Shown piece after piece: positions 11,868-24,500 of a DNA stretch of 64,000 bases. Under the pieces are notes generated by a model. It was not told where the DNA came from, made no database searches, and worked only from the letters and a program-made list of their open reading frames with translations. The translations under genes were made by a program, and so were the position numbers. This DNA comes from Trichosphaerium sp. ATCC 40318. Taxonomy: Eukaryota > Protista > Tubulinea. Each line of letters starts with the position of its first letter. The first letter of the stretch is position 1. The DNA lies in NCBI GenBank assembly GCA_038496445.1, contig JALMLS010000056.1:62001-126000 (forward strand). Direction: 5' to 3'.

Positions 11868-14416
11868 ATGGATAAACGTCCTAAAATTATAACGGATCGT
11901 TTAGAAGGTATGAGCGAAACAAAACAACCATACTATGATCAAAGATCGTTAACTAACCACAAATAAATTTATTAGTAGCTCTGCTAGACATTCCAAGCGA
12001 ATTACTCCATGTTATTCTATCATTAGCGTCTGTAAAACAATTAAAATACAGACGGTTGTGTAAAACCTTTAAACGCGTCGTTGATAAGCATACAACAACA
12101 ATAACTATTCGAAACAACCACCAGAAATTTGCGTCTTGTGTAACAACGACATTTCCAAGGTTCGTTTTTAGACCAAAAAAAAATTTGAGATCTTTTTTGA
12201 GCTTCTTTCCTTCTTGGTCTCTCCTGTACTTTCTGTACATGCCCCTTTACTTACAATATATTATAGGTTGACATCGGTGATACTAGAGACTGTTGCTGAT
12301 GAGCCTGAGCAAAGTCAAGGGAGAATTAAAATGAGAGAAGCGCATGGCATTTTCACATTTTTCAAGAAGCATGTCAACACTTTAACTTGTTTATACGTAG
12401 TACAACGTGATAAATTTCTACGAGATGTTGGTCAAGTTGGTATAATTTTATTTATTTATTTCAAATATTCATCAAAAAAATTCAGAACACGTGACAAAGA
12501 ACAGGCACTTACCTTTTTTTTTGTGTAGGCTTTGCTAGTTGGCATTCGAGAATTGGTGTTTTATCAAACCTCAGATGTCTTTCTCTTACTGATGTTATTG
12601 TAAACCAAGGCCTAACAGCATCACTAATACGATGTCTACCAAAACTAGATTCTCTCCGCGCTACATTTGATTATGCTCTCACGAGAGATGATGTGTTTAT
12701 GTTTACAAAACTAAAAGTAAGGGAATTTTTTTTATCACTTTTTTACATGGCTTATTTATTGGGTATAGGAACTTGAATACAAACAAATGGTGCCTGTTCA
12801 TTCGTCGGAGTTGGATTATTCTGTGTTAAACATGCTTACAAACTTGACGGGACTGACAGTTAAAGTTGCTTGGGTTGGCAATCTAAGAGAAGAATTTTCA
12901 ACAAATCAAACTGTTCCTCTTCTACTTACAAACCTAAGAGAACTTGCATTCCCAGTTTTACCATCTCAGCTACATAGATTGACTAAATTAACATCATTAC
13001 AGACATTAATGCTTGTTGTCTATGATGTAGAACATAAGTTTAAGGAATTCGATTCCTTCTTGACTGTTTTCACTAAACTAAATTGCTTCAGTGTCTATAG
13101 AGGTATTTATCAAAAGCTAGTTAGTTTTGTACAATTGGACTCCGTAATTAACTTGATTTTTTGAAGGAGAACTGCATTGTAATCCACGATGCATGTTGTA
13201 CAAAGTAGGCACGTGCAAAAAGGTTTTCGGCTTTGATTAGTAAGAAAAACCTCCGCTGACTTGTTTAGATCACTACTGGTATTCCCCTGCACGAAAACCA
13301 CAAATGAAACTAGATAAAACGTTTGCTATTCCTGCTAATTTACCTCTATCAAGTTTGGATCCATTTCAGCTCAAGGTACATAAAACCAAAACTTGGCCAA
13401 AACAAAAAAAAATTGTACTTACTGTTTACGAAGTGCCTTTGGATTCACAGAGATGATTTTACGTTTGAAACAGCTATAAGATACCACTGTAATACCGGAC
13501 CAGTAGATCTTAGTATATTATCGTCTATGGAAAGTCTTCGAAGACTTTACTTGGACGCAGTAGGAAGAGGAATATCTAACTTAAGCTATTCTAACTTAAG
13601 TTGCCTTACACAATTAACGGACCTTCAATACTTTTCTCCAAAAGGATATGATTTCCACGACATCTTACATTTAACGAATCTTCGGACTCTGGGTACGTCT
13701 TATATCAAGTATGGTAGTTTTTTTAATGTAAAGGTCTAGATGTTGTCAAAGAGGCACCTGAGCAGTACAGGATGCCTTTTAATTTTTTTTCGAGTTTGAC
13801 AAGGTTAACTGATTTGACACGTTTATCTTTTGACTCTTATGTGTACGTTGATTATTCAAACGGTGACACAACATTTTTCTTCTTTTTTTCTTTCTGATGA
13901 ATTTGCTTTTTGGTTTTCTTCCTCACTCAATGGATTTGGTCGTATTTATTATGCTTTAGACATGGGTTCTGTGATGAAAATATCAATGGGCTATTGAAAC
14001 TTACCCAAATCATGCACTTATCGCTTCGTGTACGCACAAACTTTAACAAGAGTTAAATACCAAACTAAGTAAAACCTGCAGGGAACTAAAATTAACAATG
14101 CCAATATCGCATCGATAGCTGATCATTTAACTAATATACACACGCTTGATATAAGCTCTATAGAGCATATAACAAATGATGGAATAATCCAGTACGCAAA
14201 CTGTCACTTCACAACGACAAGTTTTGTTAAGCCAATATTCACTAACCAAAATTTAGCCTCACACGACTTACTTGCCTTTTGCAACTCTCTTACACTGAGT
14301 ATTTTGATAACCGCCTTGATGCGCCGAAAGTACTCAAAGAGAGTAACCCCCAACTTCAAATCATAGTAGACAGACCTAATGTTAAGACTTATCAACCTGC
14401 ACCTTGGGACAATTAG
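11868..14416 (+). CDS. F-box and leucine-rich repeat protein
   Basis: LLDIPSELLHVILS...RRLCKTFKR (F-box) followed by many LxxLTxLxxL repeats over about 12 exons. Confidence 0.8.
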
Positions 14417-15422
14417 AAAAATGAGGACATTAATTTAAAAAGGTGAACAGTTTTACGATTGGCGATGTGTTCAGCCGCAAAATACGTCTAGAATATGATT
14501 AACAAACTCTCGTGAAGGCATAACGTGTAACATTTTGTTGAAAAAAAATCAACGCGTTGAAATACAAGCAAACTGAAAATGTTTATTTCTCTTTGTGCCA
14601 ATGCCACCTCCCGAAAATATACTTGTACTTTAATACAACCAATAGTCTCAGTATCTAGTACCTTCATTAAACAAACTAGAATGGTTATCCAATCATTCTA
14701 TAGTGGTTCATCAAAGTACACAATAGAACTGCAAGAGATACAATTTCCAGTACCATTATTAAGGCTTGTTAGTTTACTTGCATTATTGTTCTTTTTAAGA
14801 ACAAGTAATGACACTGTTTCATCTAAGTACTGTTAATCATACCTTTGCTTAGTCCTTCCAACGAGAAGGTGTTGCATGCCGGTCACATGCAATCATATAA
14901 GGGCTTATTCTTCCTCTTTTTACAACATAGTTGCGTTTCTTGCTGTACACACTGTCAATGTTATTGTGTCTTATATTGATTGTTCCTAAATCTGAACGAA
15001 CTGTTAATGATGTGCTTCTTGTAGATTTACATGCTTTTGTTTTAAAGGGAATTTGACTTTGTTTTGATGAGAGTGGCATTCTTTTAAATAGTTAGCTTCC
15101 TTTGTATTTATGTATATTTTTCTTCCTCCTTTGACGTATCCCGAGGTTTGACTTTCAAGTACGGAAGAGTAGAACAACGAAGCAGGAGAAGGTGCTATGA
15201 GAAAATTAAGGAGAAAAACTGAAAGAAAAGAACTTGGTGGACTTGCAATAAATGGAACATTGAGATGCTGTTTACTTTTCGAATGCTAATACAGTGTACT
15301 GCTAACGTTAAGAGTGATTTTTGTAGGTTTGGTTTTTGATTGTCATGCAATTAAATTATGGGCTGGCGGATTAACTGGAGAATACGCCACTACCAAAGAA
15401 ACAAAGACACTTTGTTCATTTC

Positions 15423-16801
15423 CTAAACATGCTCTGACCAAGGAAAGGATTTATCACTATTGTCCGTGTGTGCCCAATAATATCCACTCAATTCTCCAGT
15501 ATCTTTGTAATAACCTTTGTATAATAGGAGCCCTTCTGAGTTCCAAAACTCATCTGACTTTTCGCCAGTAAGTTGTCTTAAAAACTTGATCTGACCATTT
15601 TTATACCACTTCTTTTGAAAGTCCTCTGTATAATGCTTTGCGATTTGTCCATCTTCATACCATTCTTTTATAAGGTTAGTATCATATTCGCGTTTAATTT
15701 TCCCATCTTTATACCATTCCTTAAGCATGTGTCCTTTTCTGTAATCTCTTATTTGACCAAGTTCAAAATAATTTTCAATCTCAACAGCATTGCCAAGATT
15801 ATAAATCACCCTTTTCTTGATTTGGCCACTCCCCTCATACATACATCTCCATTCGCCTTCCTTCAAACCTTTGCGCATTTTACCCTCCACACTTAAAGTA
15901 CCACTTGCATACCACTCAGAGTATGGACCATCTTTGATACCATCTTTGTAGAACTGTCGAACCTTTATACCATTATTGCAACTCTTGCGTGCGTTCTCAA
16001 TAGTGAATTCCATTTGGCCGTCAAATTCACCATGTTTGTATGTCATTAGCCGCCAATGTCCGTTTTGGTGGTACTCAGTGTGTGGCCCATGAAGCCTTCC
16101 TTGATTATCATAATATTTTTTTTGAAAATAAAACTGTGGAGTATTGAACCGAGTTCGTCTCCATCCCTTCCAATGTCCAATTTGTTTTAATTCCACTGAA
16201 TAATGTGTCATAATTGCTGCTTTTCTTGAGAGAACATGCCTAAACATAATTAGAAACAGCAACAAAATGCAATCAAGTACCACTTGGAGAAGGTTGTACG
16301 TTCCATCTCGCAGATATACTGTTGTATTTCAGGTGGTAATGACAACAACAAGGAAGTGTCATAGTCTAGAATAGCTGTATATTTATCTTTTAAGATGGCA
16401 GCAGCCTCTCGTCTTAAGTTTGCTAGGTATGACACCCAAGTTTTTCCTTTTGTCTTTAAGCTAGGACGGGATGCGCCAACACCTTTCTTTAGTGGTGCAC
16501 TTATTACTACGCTATCAGAAGGTGCGTCGTGAGGTTGGGGTATAAAAGTGAACTGCTCCTCTTTAAGCTGTTTAGGTTTGAAAGTAAATGATGGTTCAGC
16601 AGCTTGAGTTGGCGCTTGTGGTTTGGCTGAGAATACAAAAAGCGGTTGATCTGCTTCGGCTTTTGCATTTGATAAAGCAATACTGGGTTTGAAAATAAAT
16701 GCGCTACCTTGAGTGGTATAAATACGAAGGAGAATAGAGAAGTAGAAACTTTAAAGAATACCTTTGCTATTACTATCACTGGGCTTTGTAGAAGTTTGCA
16801 T
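15423..16801 (-). CDS. F-box-like + MORN2-repeat protein with N-terminal FxF-motif low-complexity region; paralog of 5567-6165
   Basis: Two introns join MQTSTKPSDSNSKG/SAFIFKP...LLLSLPPEIQQYICEMERTTFSKW/HVLSRK to the MORN2 repeats of ORF 15423-16283. Confidence 0.75.
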
Positions 16802-17228
16802 GCAAGAAATGGTGCTTAGGTGAGAAGAGAAGTGTTTTGTTTGTCAGAAGAATTGAGAAGAATAAGCACTGTGACGAAAAAAAAAATTCAGGTGAATTCG
16901 AAGAAAGCTGTCTGTGTAGCACAAAAATACTTGACTCAATTTTGAAGAATTGACAATACTAAATCTCGAAGACTAACAATACGTAGTACACTTGTACCAC
17001 TAAACTAGTATTACTGCGGTTTGTACAGGACTTTAAGAGGTAATTGTCTTTTTTTTTTATAGTTCCGCTTATACAGTTAATTTACGGGTGTACAAACCGT
17101 ATGAGAGGAGGCTCTTGTACAGTGATATCAGTAGTGCACATGCTGAACCGTTTTAGAATTGTTTCAGCTTATGCGAGAATATGTTTTATTTCATAAAGGG
17201 CACGTTGTTGAACAAACACATACATTTT

Positions 17229-18246
17229 TTAAGCGATTGTGTATTTTTTTGTAACGTCAGATTTGTTTTCCATGCCAAGTCTTACACAATGTTCTTGCTC
17301 CTTTGATTTAATCATACCACCAATGATAGATCCAATAACTAATGAACTTGTTTCAAAAGCTTGTTTAACATCTTCATCCTTTACTACACGCAAAGCAATA
17401 CGTAATTCCTGGACCTGGAATAGAATTACATCAGCAAGGTTGTTTTTTTTTTGTTTCGAAGGTTACCTGTACAGCGTTTTTTTCAAATTCTGAACGAAGC
17501 GCTGATGATAATCCAAAGAGTGCAGCAGCACCAATACTAATAAGACCAGTATCTGGAGACATACATTCCTCACCAGCAGCACCTGTAGGAAAATAATTAA
17601 TCGACAATAGCTTTTCTCATCTTTTTCTTAGATGTCGCTCAAATACACTTGAAACTTGGTTGAAACATACCGTAAAAAAAAAAGTACCTGTAATGAATGT
17701 ATATGTGGAGCCTTCCTTGTCTGCAATGATAGGTAATAGCTCTTTTGCGAGCAGAAAGTGTGATCCACAAGTGCTGTGCATGACTTTATTGAACTCTTCA
17801 TAAGATTGCTTCGTTGTGGCGCCTACACGAGGGAGAAACTAAGCAAAACCAAATATCGTATTTTTAAAGAAGAAAAAAAATATGAAAAAGCTTACCTCCT
17901 TGCCACCATGCGCCTATTGAAGAAACAACGTGATCGAGACTTCCCCATTTGCTTATAATCTCCTTGTGTACAACGGTTGCACCTTTTCCAGTACTCTCAC
18001 CTACATCAGCGGCAATAGTGAGGAGATTCTCCGCGTTTTCTGATGCATAATTTTCAACCCATTTTTTCAAGGACTCTTCACGTCTACTTGAGATGGCAAC
18101 TTTTGCTCCAGCTTTTAATAAAGTCTATGATTACGTTTTAATGGAATTTGCTTTAAAAACGAGAATACCCTTGCAATACCGCATCCAACGTTTCCAGTAG
18201 CACCTGCTACGTATATTACTTTACCTTTGATTACAAAGAGAGCCAT
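17229..18246 (-). CDS. Short-chain dehydrogenase/reductase (atypical)
   Basis: GKVIYVAGATGNVGCGIAR Rossmann motif, ADV, GSLDHVVSSIG; 4 introns. Confidence 0.85.
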
Positions 18247-18504
18247 TGTTGTTGATTAAGAAGAGTTATTTGATTAAATGTATAATCCCCTCCAGAAAAC
18301 TCATTTTTTTTCGCAGTTTCTTTTTATGCGATTTCCGTAGTTTCTCCATTTGTTTGTATTTTGATAACCTAAAACAAAAAGAATATACAGAAAAAAAATA
18401 ACTAAGGAAAATAAAAGTCGTAATCACGGGAATATAATTTTTTTTATTCCGCAATCGGATTTTTTTTTTTTCACTCAATGAGTGAGGCAAGAGTTTTAGT
18501 CTTA

Positions 18505-21500
18505 TTAGTCAAGTGATGAGCTTGCTCTAAAGAATGTATTAGATATGTTATTATCATACTAGTACAAAAAATTGGCGCGTATTGAAGTTCGGAGGTATCC
18601 AAGAATTCCCCGTTCTCTTTTGTTGGACAAATGAAAAAAAAAAATTACCTTGCTTTTAAAGCAGTAACATAACCATCTTCGAACAATCTACTCGCTGTAG
18701 CTTCAACTGAATTATTGTTGTCTTGTAACGCCATTTTGAGAAAGGGGGCATCGTACTATTTGATAAAAAATGTAAGTTAAAAAAAAGAAACTGAGACTTT
18801 TTTAACGTACTTGTGGTAAAATGGCTTGTAGTTGACTAACCAACTCATCTGTATTATCTTGCAGCATAGCGTTACCAGATATCATACTTGTCATATCAGT
18901 ACTATGGTGGTCAGTCATATCATCATGATCAAAATGAGGATCATTGTCAGCATTGTTTATGTTATAATCCGCAGTGCTCGTAGGAACATCCTTAGGGTAA
19001 GTCTCGTCGTCTGATGCATTTGGACCAATTGTAACTGTAGGGTTATCAGGATAAGAAGTATCCTTCATTTCAGTACTACTATAATGAAGTATAAGGGAAT
19101 GATGCAACTACAACGTGGAAAAGATGACTGTACTTACGTATCAGACTGCGCATCGATTTCAGCAACCCTTTCGTTAACTTGCTCATCAGTAGGATCATCA
19201 TTAGGAGCTCCATGATTACGCCAATCTGGTCCTGGATCGTCATTAGCAGCCGTAGTACGCCAGTCTGGTTCTGAAAGCAACCAAGTTAAGAAAGAATGTT
19301 CGGTTCAAGTTTTTTTTCTGTTTCATTTGGTATTACTGCATACCTGTATTGTAGCCACTGGTTGGATCGTATTGTTGATTATGACGATTTACTTCATTTG
19401 GCATAGAGAATTTAAGCTTGTCATACTTTCCTTCAAGCTCTGCGTAATCACGTTCCATTGCTTTAATCTTTTGCTCCAAGTCTTTGATTTTGACTTTAGA
19501 CTTGTGTAGTTCTGCAATAAGCGCAGAATCAGTGCTAAGTCCAGAGAGCATCTCCTATAGATTATGTAAAATATATGGTGTTGCATAAAAAATAAAGGCT
19601 CTTCATGTAGAAGACAGCACAAGAATAGGCAAAAAAAAAAGGAAAAAAAAAAAGAAAAAAAAAAGGAAAGAAAAAGAGACTTGGCTTTGGTTTTCCAAGA
19701 CTTACGGTAACCAATTTAAGCGCTTCTTTAGCTGTAGGCAAACCCTTCTCTTCGAAAACATCACCACTCCTACATAGTGCGTAAATAATAATGACAAACA
19801 AAGAAGAAATCCTTCTAAGAGCAACATACTCAATCTTTGCTTCAAAGTAATCTCGTAAGAAGAAAAAGTCGCTGATTTGACCTTGCATGAAGTCTCTCAT
19901 TTTCTGAGACTCAGACATTAACTGTACTATAAATAAAGCAATCTTATAAACAGCATCTCCTTTATGTGTTTCACCTTGAACAATAGCTAAAAGAGCAAAT
20001 AGTCAGCACCAACAAAAAAAAACCCAAGCATCAAAACGTTACCTAATAGACCCTTATTTCTTACACTATGATGATGGTATGTATTAATTGGAGGCGCTGT
20101 ATCAAAAGGACACATAAGCCAGAATATACGTTGATCTAATCAGGGTGAGTGGAGAAAAAAGAGCACGAACAATTAGATGTACTTTTTTTTGAAAGAAAAA
20201 AAAAGTTATCAGTGAGTTGTTGTTATCATACCTTGTAAAGAGTCTTCAATGGCAAGAACATGTCGTGTGACATACATCAAACCAGGGAGCATATGAAGTT
20301 GGAACTTTCTGAAAAATGATAATATTATACTTACAAACCACTTTGATCGTTCCTTGCATTCCCTTTGTGGTAATTGTGAGTCGCAACACATTAACAATAA
20401 AAAGTATCCTTAGGATGATGCCTAGGCATGTGTCGTACCAAGAAGAGTGACATACTATCATTGCTGCGCCTTTAGTATTATAATCCATCTCAATCATAGA
20501 GTTAAAAAATGTCTTATCGAATATCCTTTCAATTTGATGTTTTGACAACTCAATAAGTTCGTCTTTCTCCGTAACAAGAGAAGTTGGAGGTAATACACCA
20601 CCTTCTTTCCAGCTCTCTGTTTTTAAATTTCTAACACATCCATAAGTTACGGAATTAAACACGGAGGAGAGGCATCCTTAAATAAGAGGGTATGTCGAGT
20701 TAGATGTACCTGTAACAAAGTGCCATTGTGTCTATGAATTCTCGAAGATCTGGTAGATTCATGTCATCCATGACTGCTGCTCTTGAACCAGGTCTGTTCA
20801 TGAACCAGTCGATATAAGTCTTAATGAGATGTACTTTAATAACCAAGAACTTTCTTTGTTTCCAACCAATTTTAGCAAATTCACCAATAACTCTAAAGTA
20901 TTGCTTGAAACTTTGCCAGAAAGGTCTTGATGCCTAATAGCGAGTTAATTCCATATTAACAAAGAATAATACTTCGTACATCAAGAAGACTCCATACAGC
21001 CATTATGACTCTACAAGTGGCTGCATTATAACGCCGTGTAGGCTCTATTTTTTAATTAGCAAATATTTTGATTGTTTAAGACATTTATCACTTACGTATT
21101 GTACCAGCAGCTGTGTGCATACGTATCTCACTCTCTTCTAATATAAACTCGTCCTCGTAAGGTGAAAGTGCTCTCAATATACCAGATACAAATGTCTGGA
21201 AATGTATACGAACACGCTCATGTGGACAATTCAACAACATCAGCTGCGAAGTATTTGTTAGACATTTTTGCGCTAGTTTATAGCATGGTGTTCCCGTACC
21301 TTCAATAAACCATATCTCTGTATGTATTCTGCAAACCATACCATTGCTGGAACATTCTTTGAGTATAATCTAATTAGTACTGGAACCCAAGAACCCAAGA
21401 ATTCATTCTCTTGCGCATTAGACATTGTTTCAATCCATAGCCTTGTTGCCATTTTAAGTGTCACCAGACCAACTGAACCAACATGTACACAGTCTATTTC

Positions 21501-24500
21501 TTCTTGCATCAGTGCTTCAATATTCTGTGGATACTCTTCATTAACCTCCGGTTCAAGACATTGCAAGAAATGAAGGAAAAAATCAAAGTATTGTCCCGAG
21601 AAGAACTGTCTATCTCGAAGGAACTCTGCATTCTCTCTCCAAATACGCTACAAAGGAAAAAGAAATAAACAACAACACAATGATTCAAGATGTGTTTTGA
21701 AAAGAACTTGAAGCTTACCTCTACAACAGGGAACGGTGCATCATTTATACGCTTAATATTATCAGCACCCATGCACTTTTCTTCTTCCCATTTTTTTATG
21801 TCATCAAGGAGAAGTGCATCAACAAATGGAGGTTGACTGACATCAATACCACTACTATCATATTTAATATCAGTAGGATCAGGTTCTGTCTTAACAACAC
21901 GATCATAGAAAAGCATGTAAGCATTTCTTTCACGCAATTTTTGTTTCTTGACATTTTGTCTTGTTACTGGATCCCATGATGTAGCTACTTGGTATCCTTT
22001 GTAATTGTGTTATTAAAAAATGTAGTGTTATGTCAAAGGCAAATGGACATCGTACCACCGTATGCGACCTCAGGGATATTGTTTGGATTAAAATGACGAA
22101 CTGTGTGATCGTTAAATTCTAACCAATTATCATTGTCTCTTTGTTTAATGTAGCTAATATAATGGCCTGATGTAGCTGAACCTGAGTGAACCAATACACC
22201 AACAAGTTCATATTTATAATAACTCTCTGCACGCTTTACAACCTTCAAAAAAAAAGTAGGAATAAGAAAAGAGCCGAAAAAACACGTGAGTGCGGTATTC
22301 CGTTTCGACTAGAGAATACTATTTGATCTTAATATAATACATACCTTGCCGTCCTTGTCTTTATGCTCTTTTAGAGCCCAAGGTGACATGTCTAAAGTTT
22401 GTGGAAACGTAAATTTATCATTTAGTTTCTTCAATTGATTGAGACCGTACTGGTTCGTATCATCGAACTCAGCAGTAAATCTCTATAGTAGGTGTGAGAG
22501 AATGTCTTATATAGTAAAGTGGTTTGTGCTATTAGGTACCTTTAAGTGGAATATCAAAGTATTTGATAAAGTTTTCATAGAGAGTGATTTTTTACAAGGT
22601 AATTTTCTGTTGTACTTTTCAAAGTACATGGCATTCTCTCCAATCATTTCTTCAGGCTTGAAGAATAAATCAAGAGCCTCCACTAGTGTTGGTTTGTTTT
22701 TTATATCTAAACGGAACAAGTATGAAGACGCTTCATTGCACTTTTCAAAAGGACGAGACTAAAGAAGAAATAAGTAAGAATAGAAACGGTATTTTCTGGT
22801 CTTCCTGCACCAGCAGGTTATGGTCCGTACCTCATCTGTACTTGTGTATTTGTATTCTGTAATGTTGGCGAACTGAAAATCAAACAAGTTTTGTTGTGGT
22901 GTATTACTTAGCCTTTCAATAACTTGGTCTGTAAATCTAGCAAAAAATTCGCCAACATCCTGTTGAACACGCGTATTTAGAGGTTCACCAGGGAGCATCT
23001 GAAACGATTTACAGAACCTATCTGTATCATAATATTTCTTCTCACTTTCCATAAAGTAAGAGAACATGCGTTGAAGTTCTGTCAACAAGTCGGTGCCTTT
23101 CTTGGGTTCTTCATATTTCGCGCACAAAATACCTAAAAGGGGAATAAACTTATGATAACAACAAGTTATCTACCACAGTACCTTTACGTATAGATGGTAT
23201 CATGTAAAATTGTTGAATGACAGAATTCATATAACAGGTTGCTCCAAGATTCTTCATCCCTAGAAAAGTAATTAAACAAAGAGAACACATATACTATTAT
23301 GGTTGTTTCGTACCAACATAACCTGTGTCAGACTTCACCTCAGCTCCAGGGTGATAAGCCCAAGAACTCAATCGCCTATATTTTACAAGGTGATGTGGAG
23401 CTAGACGTTCCACAACGCTGGCGTAATTCTTAGGGCACTCCTTACAGAGTTCTACAATTTTACTTTAATTCACAAGTACTAAGAAAAAAACTTACCAATT
23501 AATAACTGGAAAGCTGCATGGCGAGTTTCTTCAGTTTGTGCTTTAGCATGAATACTGCGACCATTTTCGTCTGTTATCGCAAATAATGTGTTATTGTACA
23601 ACTCATGAATAAGCCCTAAACCGTCTTTGTTTCCTCCAACAACCTCTTTTACATCCTAACACGACATCAAAAATCTGAAGCTTAAACCACTTTTGTCTTA
23701 CCGGAAATATGCGAACAAGTACAGTAGCAATGCGCAAGCTACCACAAAGTACGTGATCAACTTCAGTTGACGAGTGTTTCTCCTTGATTGGACATGTCTT
23801 TATTGTCTCAATACAGTCCGTCAATACTTGTCTGAGAATAGCTGGAGGTTTGTTCCTATAATTATTAATAAGTTAGGTATCACAAAAACTCATCCGTACC
23901 TTTTCACAGTATCAAGAAGCAACTTCGCTAGGACGTAATAGTACACTTCAGCAGCTGTAGAATTTTCTGGCTTATTATCCAATAGTACAGTTGCGAAGAA
24001 ACCCAAATCTTAGTAAAAAATGAGCAGTTAGTATTAATTTAAACAAATTTTCTACAAACCTTGTGACGATTGAGGACGTTGCTTATCAAGAAGCCAATGA
24101 ATTTTCATGATTCCTTGTGCTACGCTTTCACGTTGCTCCTTTGGTGCACGTAAAAGGGCCAGTATTGTTGTCTTGAAGCCATCAGCCTTTATTACTTGTT
24201 GAAGTACTTCAGGGAACCCAACTGGTGCTTGACTAAGCACTCCAATTGCGTATCTCATCAAGTTCGCTATTTCAAAATATTAGGTTTCCAAACTCGAAGA
24301 GTGAAATCGAACCTGCGCTGTTCAAGCGTAATGAAAGCTCAATAGCCGCTGTACAAGACTTGACAAGAGTTCGTACAATAGTACCTAATATATTGTAAGA
24401 AAAGTAACTAGTATTTATGTTTTTACCTGATAGCAATGGCACATCTTTATTTTCAAGGATATTCTCCAAATGTTTGCCAAAAGGAGTTGGTGGCATGCTG

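Noticed and set aside
14579-15300. Short ORFs on both strands
   Set aside because: No recognisable motif or consistent splicing model.
5567-16801. Giant-virus contig or endogenous viral insertion suggested by MORN2/F-box genes
   Set aside because: The genes carry host-type spliceosomal introns, are interleaved with ordinary eukaryotic genes, and no viral hallmark gene is present.
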